Shown in pieces: positions 22,065 to 33,000 of a stretch of DNA of 55,159 nucleotides (the first letter of the stretch is position 1; each line of letters begins with the position of its first letter). The stretch covers positions 1 to 55,159 of the forward strand of contig JBGSVZ010000081.1 of assembly GCA_041752695.1 (NCBI GenBank), in the 5' to 3' direction. The position numbers were made by a program, and so were the translations under genes. This DNA is from Terrimicrobiaceae bacterium (GTDB lineage: Bacteria > Verrucomicrobiota > Verrucomicrobiia > Chthoniobacterales > Terrimicrobiaceae). The notes below the pieces were generated by a model, which saw only the letters and a list, made by a program, of their open reading frames with translations, was not told where the DNA came from and ran no database searches.

Positions 22065-24350
22065 ATGAGCGAGGCCGCTTTTGAGCAACTCCATCCTGGG
22101 GTAAAGAAGGCCATCTACGCAATGGGCTGGACGAAACTCCGTCCGGTCCAAGTCGAAGCTATTCAACAAATTCTGAATGGATCAGGACATTTGATTATCT
22201 CTGCGCAGACAGCGAGCGGAAAGACCGAAGCTGCCTTTCTGCCAATCATTTCCCGTCTCGCTTCCGAACGGAGCGATTCGGTGCAGGCGCTTTATGTCGG
22301 TCCATTAAAAGCACTGATCAACGATCAATTCCGCAGACTCGAACAGCTTTGCGAGGCGCTCGACATTCCAGTACATCGCTGGCATGGCGATGTGAGCGCC
22401 TCCCAAAAAAAACGCTTCCGTGATTCGCCCGGTGGCATCCTCCTGATCACGCCCGAATCGCTGGAGTCCAACTTCATCAATTTTGGCGTCCACGTGCCGC
22501 GGCTCTATAGCGGCCTGGAATTCGTGGTGATCGACGAGTTGCACTCGTTCCTTCCAAACGTTCGTGGCATTCATTTGCGTAGCCTGATGGCGAGACTCGC
22601 TCATGCGATCAATCGTGTCCCCCGCGTTTTTGCACTTTCGGCCACGCTAGGGGAGCCAATGTCCGCCCGCGCTTTCATCGCGCCAGATGCACCCGAGTCC
22701 GTCACAATCCTCAGCGACGCCGTCGGAAAGCGAGAGGTGAAGCTTGTAATAAAGACTTTCGTCCGTAGCGACGACGGTGAGCGCCGCCGGACGCCGGATG
22801 AGATTGCGGAACTTGCAGTCAGCGTCCTGCCGAAGCGATTGAATGAATCAAAGCCACTGCACGACCTTCGGTCCGCTGCTCCCAGTGACGGAGAGCCCGA
22901 CGATTTAGATGACATTGCGTCCGACCTGGTCCGCAACTTTATTACCTCGACGAACCTTGTCTTCGGCAATTCCAAGCAATCATTGGAATTGCTCGCCGAC
23001 CGTCTGCACCAACGGTCATTGCACGAGCGCTGGCCGCACAACCCTTTTATCGTTCATCACGGTTCTCTTGCGAAGAATCTGCGGCTCGAAGCCGAAGAAA
23101 TCCTTAAAAGCGGTAAGCCCACCACGGCGCTATGTTCGAGTACCCTTGAAATGGGAATTGATATCGGCGCTGTTCGGACTGTGGGTCAGATCGATCCGCC
23201 TTGGAGCGTAGCCTCGCTTGTCCAACGCCTCGGTCGGTCGGGCCGACGGGAAGGAGAGCCCTCGATTCTGCGCATGTATGTGCGCGAAGACTCACCCACG
23301 GCAGAAAGCACAATCACCGACCTCCTCTTTCCTGATCTCCTGCGCGCGATAGCCCTCGTCCGACTGATGCTGGCAAAATGGCTGGAGCCAACCGATTTCG
23401 ATCGGATGCACCTGAGCACGCTCGTTCATCAGATATTGAGCCTACTGCGTCAATCGGGCGGAATGCGTGCTACCGATCTGCACGATGCGTTGGTCTTGCG
23501 CGGTCCTTTTCGCCGGATCACCGAGACTCAATTCGGACAAATGCTCCGCGATCTCGCTCGCAATGAAATTGTCGAGCAGATGCCGCAAGGCGAAATAATC
23601 CTCGCTCTCCATGGCGAGCGTATCACTGCTGCGCAGGACTTTTACGCTGCATTTGATGCGAGCGAGGAGTTTTCCGTTCGGTTCGAAAGTCACGATATCG
23701 GTAAGCTCCAGTCCTCGCTCATTCCGCCTGTGGGCGAAAATCTCATTCTCGCAGGTCGGCGCTGGCGTGTGGATCAGATCGAACCTCATGCGAAATGCGT
23801 CTTCGTCAGTCCCGCCCGCGGCGGCAAGCCTCCAGTTTTCCGGGGCAGTGGCGGTGTCATTCATACCCGAATTGTTGAAGAGATGCGGGCAGTCCTCCTT
23901 GCCTCCCACGAGCCTACGTATCTTGACGGCGCTGGGCAGAAACTCCTTGCCTTAGCGCGCCGTGTCGCCTCGATGACTGGTGCGGCCAATCACAGTATAT
24001 TTACTCGGCCCGGATCGACGCAATGGTTTCCGTGGGTTGGAACGCTTGGTCTGCGAACAATTGCGTTGTACGCTAGTGCGGCAGGGATTCCGCATGAGGC
24101 TGATTCGCTCTCCATCACCTACAAGGCAACTTCGCTTCCCGATATTCGGGCACATTGGCGAGAGATAGCGTCGGACACGAAAACGCCACTTGAACTTGCG
24201 CGGTTTATGGCCGTGAAGACTTTCGAAAAGTTTGACAGTTTCCTGTCCGAGGATCTCCTAGATCAAGCGAACGCGCGAGATCAGCTGGATCAGGAGGTTG
24301 CGCGGTCGGCAGCGTCCTTTGCGTTACGGTCCGATCTACTTAGTAGCTGA
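22065..24350 (+). CDS. sngC: Lhr-like DEAD/DEAH-box helicase, Shango SngC
   Basis: Q-motif GW.KLRPVQ, TASGKT, PLKALINDQ, DELH, SAT, HHGSL, STLEMGIDIG and QRLGRSGRR. Third gene of the TerB-ATPase-helicase triad. Confidence 0.9.
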   Translation: MSEAAFEQLHPGVKKAIYAMGWTKLRPVQVEAIQQILNGSGHLIISAQTASGKTEAAFLPIISRLASERSDSVQALYVGPLKALINDQFRRLEQLCEALDIPVHRWHGDVSASQKKRFRDSPGGILLITPESLESNFINFGVHVPRLYSGLEFVVIDELHSFLPNVRGIHLRSLMARLAHAINRVPRVFALSATLGEPMSARAFIAPDAPESVTILSDAVGKREVKLVIKTFVRSDDGERRRTPDEIAELAVSVLPKRLNESKPLHDLRSAAPSDGEPDDLDDIASDLVRNFITSTNLVFGNSKQSLELLADRLHQRSLHERWPHNPFIVHHGSLAKNLRLEAEEILKSGKPTTALCSSTLEMGIDIGAVRTVGQIDPPWSVASLVQRLGRSGRREGEPSILRMYVREDSPTAESTITDLLFPDLLRAIALVRLMLAKWLEPTDFDRMHLSTLVHQILSLLRQSGGMRATDLHDALVLRGPFRRITETQFGQMLRDLARNEIVEQMPQGEIILALHGERITAAQDFYAAFDASEEFSVRFESHDIGKLQSSLIPPVGENLILAGRRWRVDQIEPHAKCVFVSPARGGKPPVFRGSGGVIHTRIVEEMRAVLLASHEPTYLDGAGQKLLALARRVASMTGAANHSIFTRPGSTQWFPWVGTLGLRTIALYASAAGIPHEADSLSITYKATSLPDIRAHWREIASDTKTPLELARFMAVKTFEKFDSFLSEDLLDQANARDQLDQEVARSAASFALRSDLLSS

Positions 24351-24438
24351 AGCGGATTTTTGGACGCTGTATCTCATCGGTAACCTGAAGATAGCGGTTT
24401 CTGCTCGTTTTCTCAAAAAACGTTTGTATAACCGGGGA

Positions 24439-25941
24439 ATGTCGTCCTCGGATGAAATTATCGAATATCAACCAGGTCGCCCAAAGCTTTCCTGTGCCCC
24501 AGACGTTCTTGCTTCTCCCTATATCGCGCGTGGTTTGGAGAAAACCCAAATCGCTAAATATCACACCAAGGGTGGTCATGGATTTGCCGCGGAAGACGCG
24601 AATCATTTTTCTGATGCGATACGTGGAAAAACAGCAGAAGTCGTCGGTATCACGAATGATTTGAACGGCGCGGACAGGATGGTGAATGGCGTTCGAATTC
24701 AGTCGAAATATTTTCAGTGCGCAGTTGAAACAATATCAGCCGCATTCGATCCCGTTTCAGGCGCCTATCGATACGAGGGACAGCTTCTGGAAGTACCTAG
24801 CGATCAGTACGAGAAATGTGTTGAGCTGATGCGTGAACGGATAGTCCAAGGCAAGGTTCCCGGCTTCGACAATGCCGTTGAGGCCTCGAATATTATTCAG
24901 AAGGGATCAATCAGCTACAGGCAAGCGCGAAATATTGCGCGTGCTGGAAATGTCGATTCCTTGGTTTTTGACGCAAAAACTCAGGCGGTTACTTCGACTG
25001 GTATTTTCGCCATATCTTTTGTGGTAACGTTTGCCCAGACGTGCTGGCAGGGGGAATCCCCGAGTGCTGCGATAAAAACGGCGATTGTCTCAGCGATGTC
25101 GTCAGGTTCGCTCTCGCTTGTCACTGGAGTCCTTGGCGCGCAGGTTCTCAAGACCGAAGCTGCCGCCATTGGAGCAGTGTCGGTTCGTTGGGGTGTGAAG
25201 AGCGTCGCTGGAACAACGGTTGGTCGACAAGTCGTCAATCGCATCGCCGTAGGTTCTCTCGGGAAAGGAGTCTATGGTGCAGCAGCGATCAATCATGTAT
25301 CCAAGCTTCTCAGGAGCAATGCCATCACAGGCACGATCGCTGTTGCCGCTACGAGCACTCCTGACTTTTATCGAGCCCTCTTTGACCGATCGATTTCCTG
25401 GAAACAGTTTACAAAAAATCTTTCCGTGAATATCGGCGGCGTGGCAGGCGGCACTGCTGGATGGCTTGGGGGAGCGGCGGTCGGGGCGGCCCTTGGGACT
25501 TCAGTTCCTATTATAGGCACCGCTGCTGGGGGAATCGCCGGGGCAATTCTGGGAGCTTTATCTGGAGGGTTCGGTGCTTCTGTTGCGGCAAAGGCGATTG
25601 CTGACCGAGTAGCAGATGACGACTCTAGGCGGCTGCTGCGCATGTTCGAAAGTGAGCTTCAAGAGTTGGCGAGCGAGTATATGCTGACGGAGTCAGAATT
25701 CGAAATCATAGTCTCGGAAGCGAGTAAGGTCGCGACTGCCAAATGGCTTCGTCAATTTTTCAAAGTCTCAAAAAACGGCGCAGATCTTGGGGCGCAAACT
25801 GGATTTATCCGGTCCACGTTCGAAACGCGATTGTCTGAACTATCGGGCAATCGTCCCCTTATTCACCTTCCATCACGGGAGGATTTGGAGTCGGAAATCC
25901 TAGATCTAATCGGCAAATCGGAACAAAAGGACTTCGTGTAG
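24439..25941 (+). CDS. Hypothetical membrane protein related to the C-terminal domain of E. coli YeeR, with glycine-zipper helices
   Basis: GHGFAAEDAN..D..RGK.A..VG..N..NGADR.VNG..IQSKY...AF....YRY....LEVP.DQY matches my recollection of the YeeR C-terminus. Long G/A-rich hydrophobic segments (GGVAGGTAGWLGGAAVGAALG...). ATG at 24439 follows a GGGGA RBS-like sequence. Confidence 0.75.
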   Translation: MSSSDEIIEYQPGRPKLSCAPDVLASPYIARGLEKTQIAKYHTKGGHGFAAEDANHFSDAIRGKTAEVVGITNDLNGADRMVNGVRIQSKYFQCAVETISAAFDPVSGAYRYEGQLLEVPSDQYEKCVELMRERIVQGKVPGFDNAVEASNIIQKGSISYRQARNIARAGNVDSLVFDAKTQAVTSTGIFAISFVVTFAQTCWQGESPSAAIKTAIVSAMSSGSLSLVTGVLGAQVLKTEAAAIGAVSVRWGVKSVAGTTVGRQVVNRIAVGSLGKGVYGAAAINHVSKLLRSNAITGTIAVAATSTPDFYRALFDRSISWKQFTKNLSVNIGGVAGGTAGWLGGAAVGAALGTSVPIIGTAAGGIAGAILGALSGGFGASVAAKAIADRVADDDSRRLLRMFESELQELASEYMLTESEFEIIVSEASKVATAKWLRQFFKVSKNGADLGAQTGFIRSTFETRLSELSGNRPLIHLPSREDLESEILDLIGKSEQKDFV

Positions 25942-26317
25942 GTTTTTGCAAATCAAAATGTTGGATTTAAGCAGTATCGCCAGACCGATTGACATGAATC
26001 CTCGGCATCAGACGCGCGATGGTGAACCGGAATTTGCGGTGCGTGAAGCATTCTCGCGAAATTGCGACATGCCACTTTATCCCAACGGCTTGCCCGGCAT
26101 TGGGCCGCATACGATTCGATGTTCTTGGCTGTTACCTAAACGGCCGTTTGACATTGTTCTCAATGGCGATTGTGAAGATCGAGGGTTTCGATGAGAAAGC
26201 GGACCAGCAGAAGGATGCGGTGCCCATACCACACCCAGGTTTGCGCGGTTGCATGGAAACACGACCCGCGGAGGATACCGAGAGTTTATGGCAAGCGTCG
26301 CGGGGAAATTCGCATTT

Positions 26318-27094
26318 TTAAGGCGTTTGCGAGGGATTTCCTATCTTGCCCTTTCTTGGTTTTCGCTTGAGACGTGATGCCTTGCGGGCGGCCTTATGAT
26401 GGACACGCCGTGCTTTTTCCAACCGTGCTTCGAGGAGAGGACGGACTTGCTCCAAAAGATTTTGAAAGTGGTCGAGCGTGGCTAGGCGGCGTTCGTTTCG
26501 ACGTACTTCGGCATTCAGATGACTCTCGATTTCGTTCGGGTCGTCACCTGCCGGTTGCACGAGACGAATTAGGAGATCTATATCGGCGCCGGAGGCTAAA
26601 GCGCGCGCTTCGGAGAGGAGGGCGAGGAGAGCTGGCGTGGAGGCAGCTTCGACGGCAGATTCGACACTGTACTCAATGACAGATCGGGCGGCGCTATCGA
26701 CTGCGATAACAAATTCGACGAATTTGTCGGCTTTTTTCTTCCGGTGAGCGGGCGACCGCCATTTTTCACGACAAAGAGAGGGGATGTAGTTGGAGTGGGG
26801 GTTGTCGAGGTCGATAGCGGCGAGACTGCGGAAAATAGGCTCAAAACCTTGGAAAGGGCGAAGACCATCGGGTAGTGAGTTGCGTTTTTCCCACAGGGCG
26901 AGGATGGACTCATGGCACTGCTGCTGGAGGACACGCTTACGGGGGCCGGAAGCAGTTTCGGCAAGGGTGATGCATTCGGCAATGTAGTGAGCCATCCAAC
27001 GGCTCAGCGCGTCGGAATCGCGCGAGCCCCCGAGTTGGGCACAGAGTTGTCTACCGAGGGTGATGGATCTTTTGTGCGTCGTGGAGTCTGCCAT
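26318..27094 (-). CDS. avs3b: AVAST type 3 accessory protein Avs3b
   Basis: LGRQL..QLG....DALSRWMAHYIAE.I..AE...C.ESIL.LWEKR..LP...RP motif. Overlaps the 3' end of avs3a by 44 nt. Confidence 0.82.
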   Translation of the reverse strand: MADSTTHKRSITLGRQLCAQLGGSRDSDALSRWMAHYIAECITLAETASGPRKRVLQQQCHESILALWEKRNSLPDGLRPFQGFEPIFRSLAAIDLDNPHSNYIPSLCREKWRSPAHRKKKADKFVEFVIAVDSAARSVIEYSVESAVEAASTPALLALLSEARALASGADIDLLIRLVQPAGDDPNEIESHLNAEVRRNERRLATLDHFQNLLEQVRPLLEARLEKARRVHHKAARKASRLKRKPRKGKIGNPSQTP

Positions 27095-30000
27095 TTGCTG
27101 AAAAGAGGAAGATCTTGTGACTGTCTGGAATGTAGGGAATGTCCGATTTAGGCGAATAATTGCTGGAATCGCGCCCGATTGCGACGCAGAAGATTAAAAC
27201 CTTTCCCGTGGCAGTGCATAACTGACGGAGCACGTCTACGGTGACCCATAGGCGCCGACCGGAGCGGTACGGAATGGGGTGGTGGCGTGACTCAACTTCT
27301 GGGCGTTCGCTCCAGACTTCGCCGAGAGCGGCGAGGTGGTTGTCCTGATGCCACTTTCGGGCCTCGGCATCGGGCACAAGGCCAAGCAGGGAGAGAAAAC
27401 GCGGTCCTATGCCGATGGGGGGATATGAAATGCGTCGGGCCTTCGGATCGAAGTAGTCGAGGCGCTCATCACATCCTTCCTTGAGTGTGAGCCAGCCTTC
27501 CAGGGTAAAAAGGGGCGGTATCCGCTCGTCATTGACTTCCTCCCGGTAGGCTGGCAGCGGCATGTCGTATCGGGAGTCGCCATCGCGGAGTGTGATGGCG
27601 AGGGTCTCGGCCGTCTGACGGCAAACGAGAGCACTGGTGATTTTGATACTTTCGGAGTTGTAATGATTGTTGCTGTCGGACCAGAAGCCATTCACGCAGA
27701 GGCCACCAGGAATTGGGCTCTGATGGTGAAGGGCATCGTAGAAATCTTCGGCGGCGAGTTGCCAAAGGAAATCGGGATTGACCGGCAGAGCCGTCCATTC
27801 TCGGCGCCGGGCAGGCGACGGATCGCGTCGGTCCGCAAGCCATCGCCCGTCGGCCCGAGTGAGGGTGTGGTGCTCTAGCCAGCGAATCCACCGGTCGCCC
27901 TCTTCGCCAAATACGCCATCGATCTTGCGCACGACGGGCATGGTACGACGTAGCGTGACGGCAACGGCATGCATGGCGTGGTAAGCGTGATAGAACCTGA
28001 AGTCATCGGTGCGTCCGTAGCTGGAGCGATCGCCGGAGAAGGTGCGGTCCATTGATTTGTTCCATAATTGACGGCGAGGGTCGTGGATGTGGCCGCCGGA
28101 ATCGATGGTCAGGCACTCTCGCGCAACGATTTCTCGAACAAGCTCGGTAACTTGAATTTGCGAGATACCGAAAACATCACCCAGATCGCGGAGCCAGTAT
28201 TGCTCGAAGTCCATACCGAAGTGGCATTTGATGGACGTCTCGACTGAGCCCGCGGCGTGGGCCGGGCTGTCGAAAGTCGCATCTTTGGAAATATCCAATG
28301 TCGAAAAGGGGCTGCTTCCGACATGTGCGAGTTGCCCAGTGGTCGTCGGCGGGTAGGTCCCGGAAAAGGCGGCCTCGATGGTCAGCGCGATGCGGGAAGC
28401 GTAACACTGGATCAAAAGATGGTCTCTGCCGTGTAATGCGGTGTCGGCGAAATAGGCGGCATGTCGTCGTAATATCTCCTCGTGCCCTTTGACTGCGCGT
28501 GCGAAAGCGATGAGAAGGTAAAGTTCGCCATGCAGGCGGTAGAAGGGAAACTGCTGGCTGCCGAAGGCGGAAACGGAACCGCACTGTATCCAAGAGATCA
28601 ATGCGTCGACTTCTTGCTGACAGCCGAACTCGACAAGACGCCGGGTGCATTGGGCGGCCTGCCAGCGCGTGGCGGCCTCAGGGGAGGCCAGGGCCGAATA
28701 GAGGAGTCCAGCAATGGCGGAGGCGACGTTTGCAGGAACTTTGAGTGAGGTGGACCAAGGACCGTCACCGATGCCGGCCGGCATGTGTCTCTCAAAGCGC
28801 TCAAGTGCGTAGCCAGCCACGGAAGCGGCTTCGTCGGGAGAAAGGTCGGATGCAATTTTCGCCGCAAAACCAAAGAGTGTCTCAGCGTCGAAAAGGTCTG
28901 TGGAGTCTGATAATCGCTCAATCGTGCCTTCCCGGATGGCTTCGATTTCTTCGGCCGAGAATCCTTTCTCAGTGCGCCAGTGTTCCCAACGAAAGACGTT
29001 GGAGAGTTCCTCGGCGAGGCGCCGGCCGATGTCTTTCAAAAACGAGGGCCACGTACGCTTAACCGATGCTTTCTTCATCCACTGGAGGCGTATGACCTCG
29101 AGAGCTCGTGAGAAATCATAGAGATCTAAAGATTGCTCATTGAGAATGATGGTGAGAAAGGTGGCCTCTTTGCCGCAAGGTATGCGCGAGATGAGCTCGG
29201 CCCAGATCTCCATGGGGCGCGACGCATGAGTAGTCTTGGCCGCGTCAAGAATTCGGCGCAGAGAGTCAGGGGCGAGGAGGTCAATACCTTTGAACAGAGA
29301 GGTGGTATCCGGATTCTTTTTGACGCGGCCCTGGCGGATGCGATGGGTGGGGGTGCCGCTCCAGTATTTAGATCTCGGAGCCGCGTGAATGATGTGGTCG
29401 AGTCGTTCGGTAGGGAGCCCGAGCTCCTGTCCCAGGGCTCGCAACTCTTGCCAATCATGTTTGTCGATTCCATCGAGTTGAAGATCGTCGATAGCGTGGG
29501 AGAAGAGTTTTTCACGAGCGTGTGTGTCAGCGATTATGCGCAGACAGGTCAAAAGCGTGCGAAGTGCTTTGCCTCCGCCCGCGAAGGCGGAAAGAGCGTA
29601 GCCGACTGATGGGGAAATCAATTTGGACTCGATGAGCGATAAGGTAAGAGCCTGCATCTGATCGGGGAAAAAGCCGATTTCGCGGTCGCGCCATCGACTG
29701 AGTGCAGCAATCGCAAATGAGGGGTCAAGTTCAGCCGCGACGAGGAAGACATCGTTTCGATTCCAATGCTTCTCGCGCAAGCCGCTCTCACCGATCATCT
29801 CAGCGCATTGCATGAAGCGATGGACGAGCGGTTGATCGACCTGGCTTGAAGACGAGGCGCGGCGCGCCAGCGTGCTGAGCGAGGTCCAACGATCGAGGAT
29901 TTCATCGCCGAATTTGGAGACGGCATCGATGGCATTCGCAAAATGCGCTTTTGCCTCGGCGGGGTTCTGTGCCCAGAACGCCCGTGCAAGGCCGGTCAAA

Positions 30001-33000
30001 GATTCCGCTCTCGTTTCTGGTGTGTCGTCATTGGGGGCGGCAAGATCGTCGTTGCAGGATGCCTCCAACTGCTCTTGCAGGTTTGCGAGATGTGACGTAC
30101 GAACTGAAGTCCTCAGGGCATCGATTTTTTGATGCAGCCAGAGCTTGGATTCGCGGCCGCGAAGGGTTTCACTGGCGAAGGCATCAAGTTCGGATACGGT
30201 TGCATCCGTTTTCCATGCCAAAACGCGGAATTGCAACATGGCGGTTTCGCGCGGAAGGCGATCATAGTCGCGATAATACGAGGCTTGGTTAGCGCGGGAT
30301 TTCATGGCCACGGCCTCAAGGTCAACCCTGCTTCCGGGCACTCGGGTTACGAGCAACATGCGAGCTTGGTGCCAAGGGAGCAGCACGCCGAGTTTGTGGC
30401 GTAGGTCGTTTTGGCTCCTCGCCGACGCGAAAGCTTCCTTCTTTTTCGGCCGTTTGGGCAGTAAGGCATCCAATTCTGGAGTAGGCTTCCGCGTGACGAT
30501 GGCGCGTAAAGTCGCACCGCGGAGAAAAGAGCTGCGCCCGGCCTCGAAATGGTCGCTGTCCATCGAAGTATCAGCCACATACGGGGTGTAATAGTTCAAT
30601 ACTCGCAAGATCGTCCTTCGGGGCAACGCGTGAGCGGTGCAGGCTTCTAGGAACGAGAGGACGGCGGCGGTAAACGGTTTTTCGATGGACGCGCCCGAGG
30701 GGCGCTTGGGTCGCCGACGAGGATCGGCGAGAGTTCGAAACGTAGAAGCAAGGAATTTTTTTTGCGGCAAACGGGCGACGGCGTTGAGTTCATCAGAAAT
30801 GGCCAGTACGGCGTGTGTGTTGCGGCAATGGCCTTCCAAAAGTTGGTCGATTTCTGTAAAGCGTCCCGCATCGATAAGCCGCTCTGCGAGAAGCTTCATG
30901 ACATCGAAGACCATATCTGGCGGCCTCCAGTGCTCGATTCTGGCGGCGAGGCTTGCGCTTCCGAAGAGATGGTAGTGGGCCCATGCTAACTCGAGGATGT
31001 CCTGGTTCGAAATTTCTGACTCGTTGTGAGAGAGCGGCTTGGTGACATGCGAGAGTCGCTCGTAGAAAAGTGTGATCCATCTAGTCGCCGAACGCATGTA
31101 GCTACGCGCCTCGCCTTTGAAATCGAGTATCGTAGAAAGGAGCGAGGCAGAGTAAAGGTTTTCACAGCCCTCCCAATTGCCTTTCAATACTTGGCGACAA
31201 GCGAGTTCTCGAACGCCGCTGGTATCTTGCAATGCTGCGACGAGGTCCAAGTTAGTCCGCAGCAGCATGCTCTGGCGTTTGGTGCCAGCACTTTCCTCGC
31301 CGGCTCGGAATGCGATACGGGTGGCGTCCGCGAGTCGGCCCTGCTTCAACGCGGCTTTAAATGCGAACTGGAGCCGATAGACACGCACGTCACGCTCGTC
31401 GATGGGATTTGCGGTGGGAAGGTGAGAGTCCGAAAGCGCAAGCTCGATCAATCGATCGTGGTCGCCTGATTTCAACAGCAGTTGCGGAAGTGCCTTGGCG
31501 ACATAGGTGTATTCAGAAGCCAGCGGCTCAAGGATCTCAACATACTCGGTGATCTGCCGCGCGTCTGCGGCAAAGCGCCGCTGAAACCAAGTCTCGGTCG
31601 GCTCGTCGCGAAACTGCACAGCGTCGTCGGAAGACCAAAGAGGCGTTCCTAGATCGCTAACGAAACTGGAGACCTCCCCAGTCGTTACGCGCGCAGCTGC
31701 CGCCAGCACAGGGATGGGGATGAGGGGAGGGAGATTTGCCAAGCCGCAGCAGAGGTCATCCACATGGCGAGCGAATTGCTGTGAATAAGAATCTTTTACC
31801 TTGTCGACTGCGATTTGTAGCTGACCCTCGATTTGTTTGTCGATGGTCGTGACGTTCGGTCCGAGGCTGGAGAGCATAGCATCCAGTGAGGAATGCCCCG
31901 CGTTCATGGCGTTGGCTTGTACGCGAGGGTTGCCGCCGCTAAGGCGGAAAAACTCGCGCCCATCGTGCTTTGTCGCGCTCGGAAATTTCCTGCGCAGGTG
32001 GAGCAAGCTCTCCGCCTCGTTGAAAGGCCTGAGCTCAAATTGTCGGATGCTGGCTGCCGGCTTGAGAAGCTCACGGCGCTCGCTGCGACAAAACATGACG
32101 AGCCGACAGCCTGCCGGAATCTGCTGGCGCAAGAGTTCTGCCGCGAAGCAGCGATCTCCATACTCCACTGCCGCCATTTCGGCATTATCTGCCGCATCAA
32201 TCATTACCACCAGCAACGCCTCGGGCTGGATGGCGCGCAGATTTTCTACTGCGGCCGAGAGGCGCTCGACAGTAGCTCGGAAGTATTCGGCCGGGGCACA
32301 TTCCGACCGCGGAAGCAGGTGGCTACAGAGGCCCAGGGCGGCTAATGTATTGGCAATCTGCACGAGTGCAACTTGTGCGGTATGTCTCGGCTCACCTGGG
32401 CTGCGGTAGGTCCCGCCGCCGAAGCAATCATAGAGCACTGCAAGCGAACCAGAAGGTAGCGTGTCGACCAGCAGGCGGGCGATCACGGTCTTTCCCACTC
32501 CTCCGGCGGCATGGACAATCGAAGGAGGACCGGCAACGAGCACATGATCGACAATTTCCTTGTGCTGCTCCCGCACGAGCGGATCGGCAAGGGGCTCGAA
32601 CACGGGAGGCGCGGGAAACAACTGGCGGCGAGAGGTCACGCCTAGCCTTTGCAGCACGTCCTCAACGACGATTTCTCCGTTGACCTTCCCATCCTCGGAT
32701 TGCGGAAGTGCCCTGTCTTCGATCAAATCGACCAACTGCCCCACTACGGCACTCTCCACAAATCCTACAAGGTACGAAGAGAGTTCTCCGTGAAGCTTCC
32801 GTTTTTGAACGCGATAATCGCCCTCTTGGTCGTCGAACTTGAGCACGTTGCAGAAGCGCTCGAGTTGTGTGCCGACCAATCGCGTAGTGTGCTCGAGAAG
32901 CCGCCGGTATTTTTCTTGGACTTTCTCGCCCGAGCCGATCTGTAGCACGGCATTTTTCAACCCCGCGTGGACGGCACGATTTGTAACAATGAAAAACTTG

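Noticed and set aside
20704..24350. BREX system (BrxD-like ATPase plus helicase)
   Set aside because: No pglX, pglZ or brxC is present. The upstream TerB gene and three-gene layout fit Shango.
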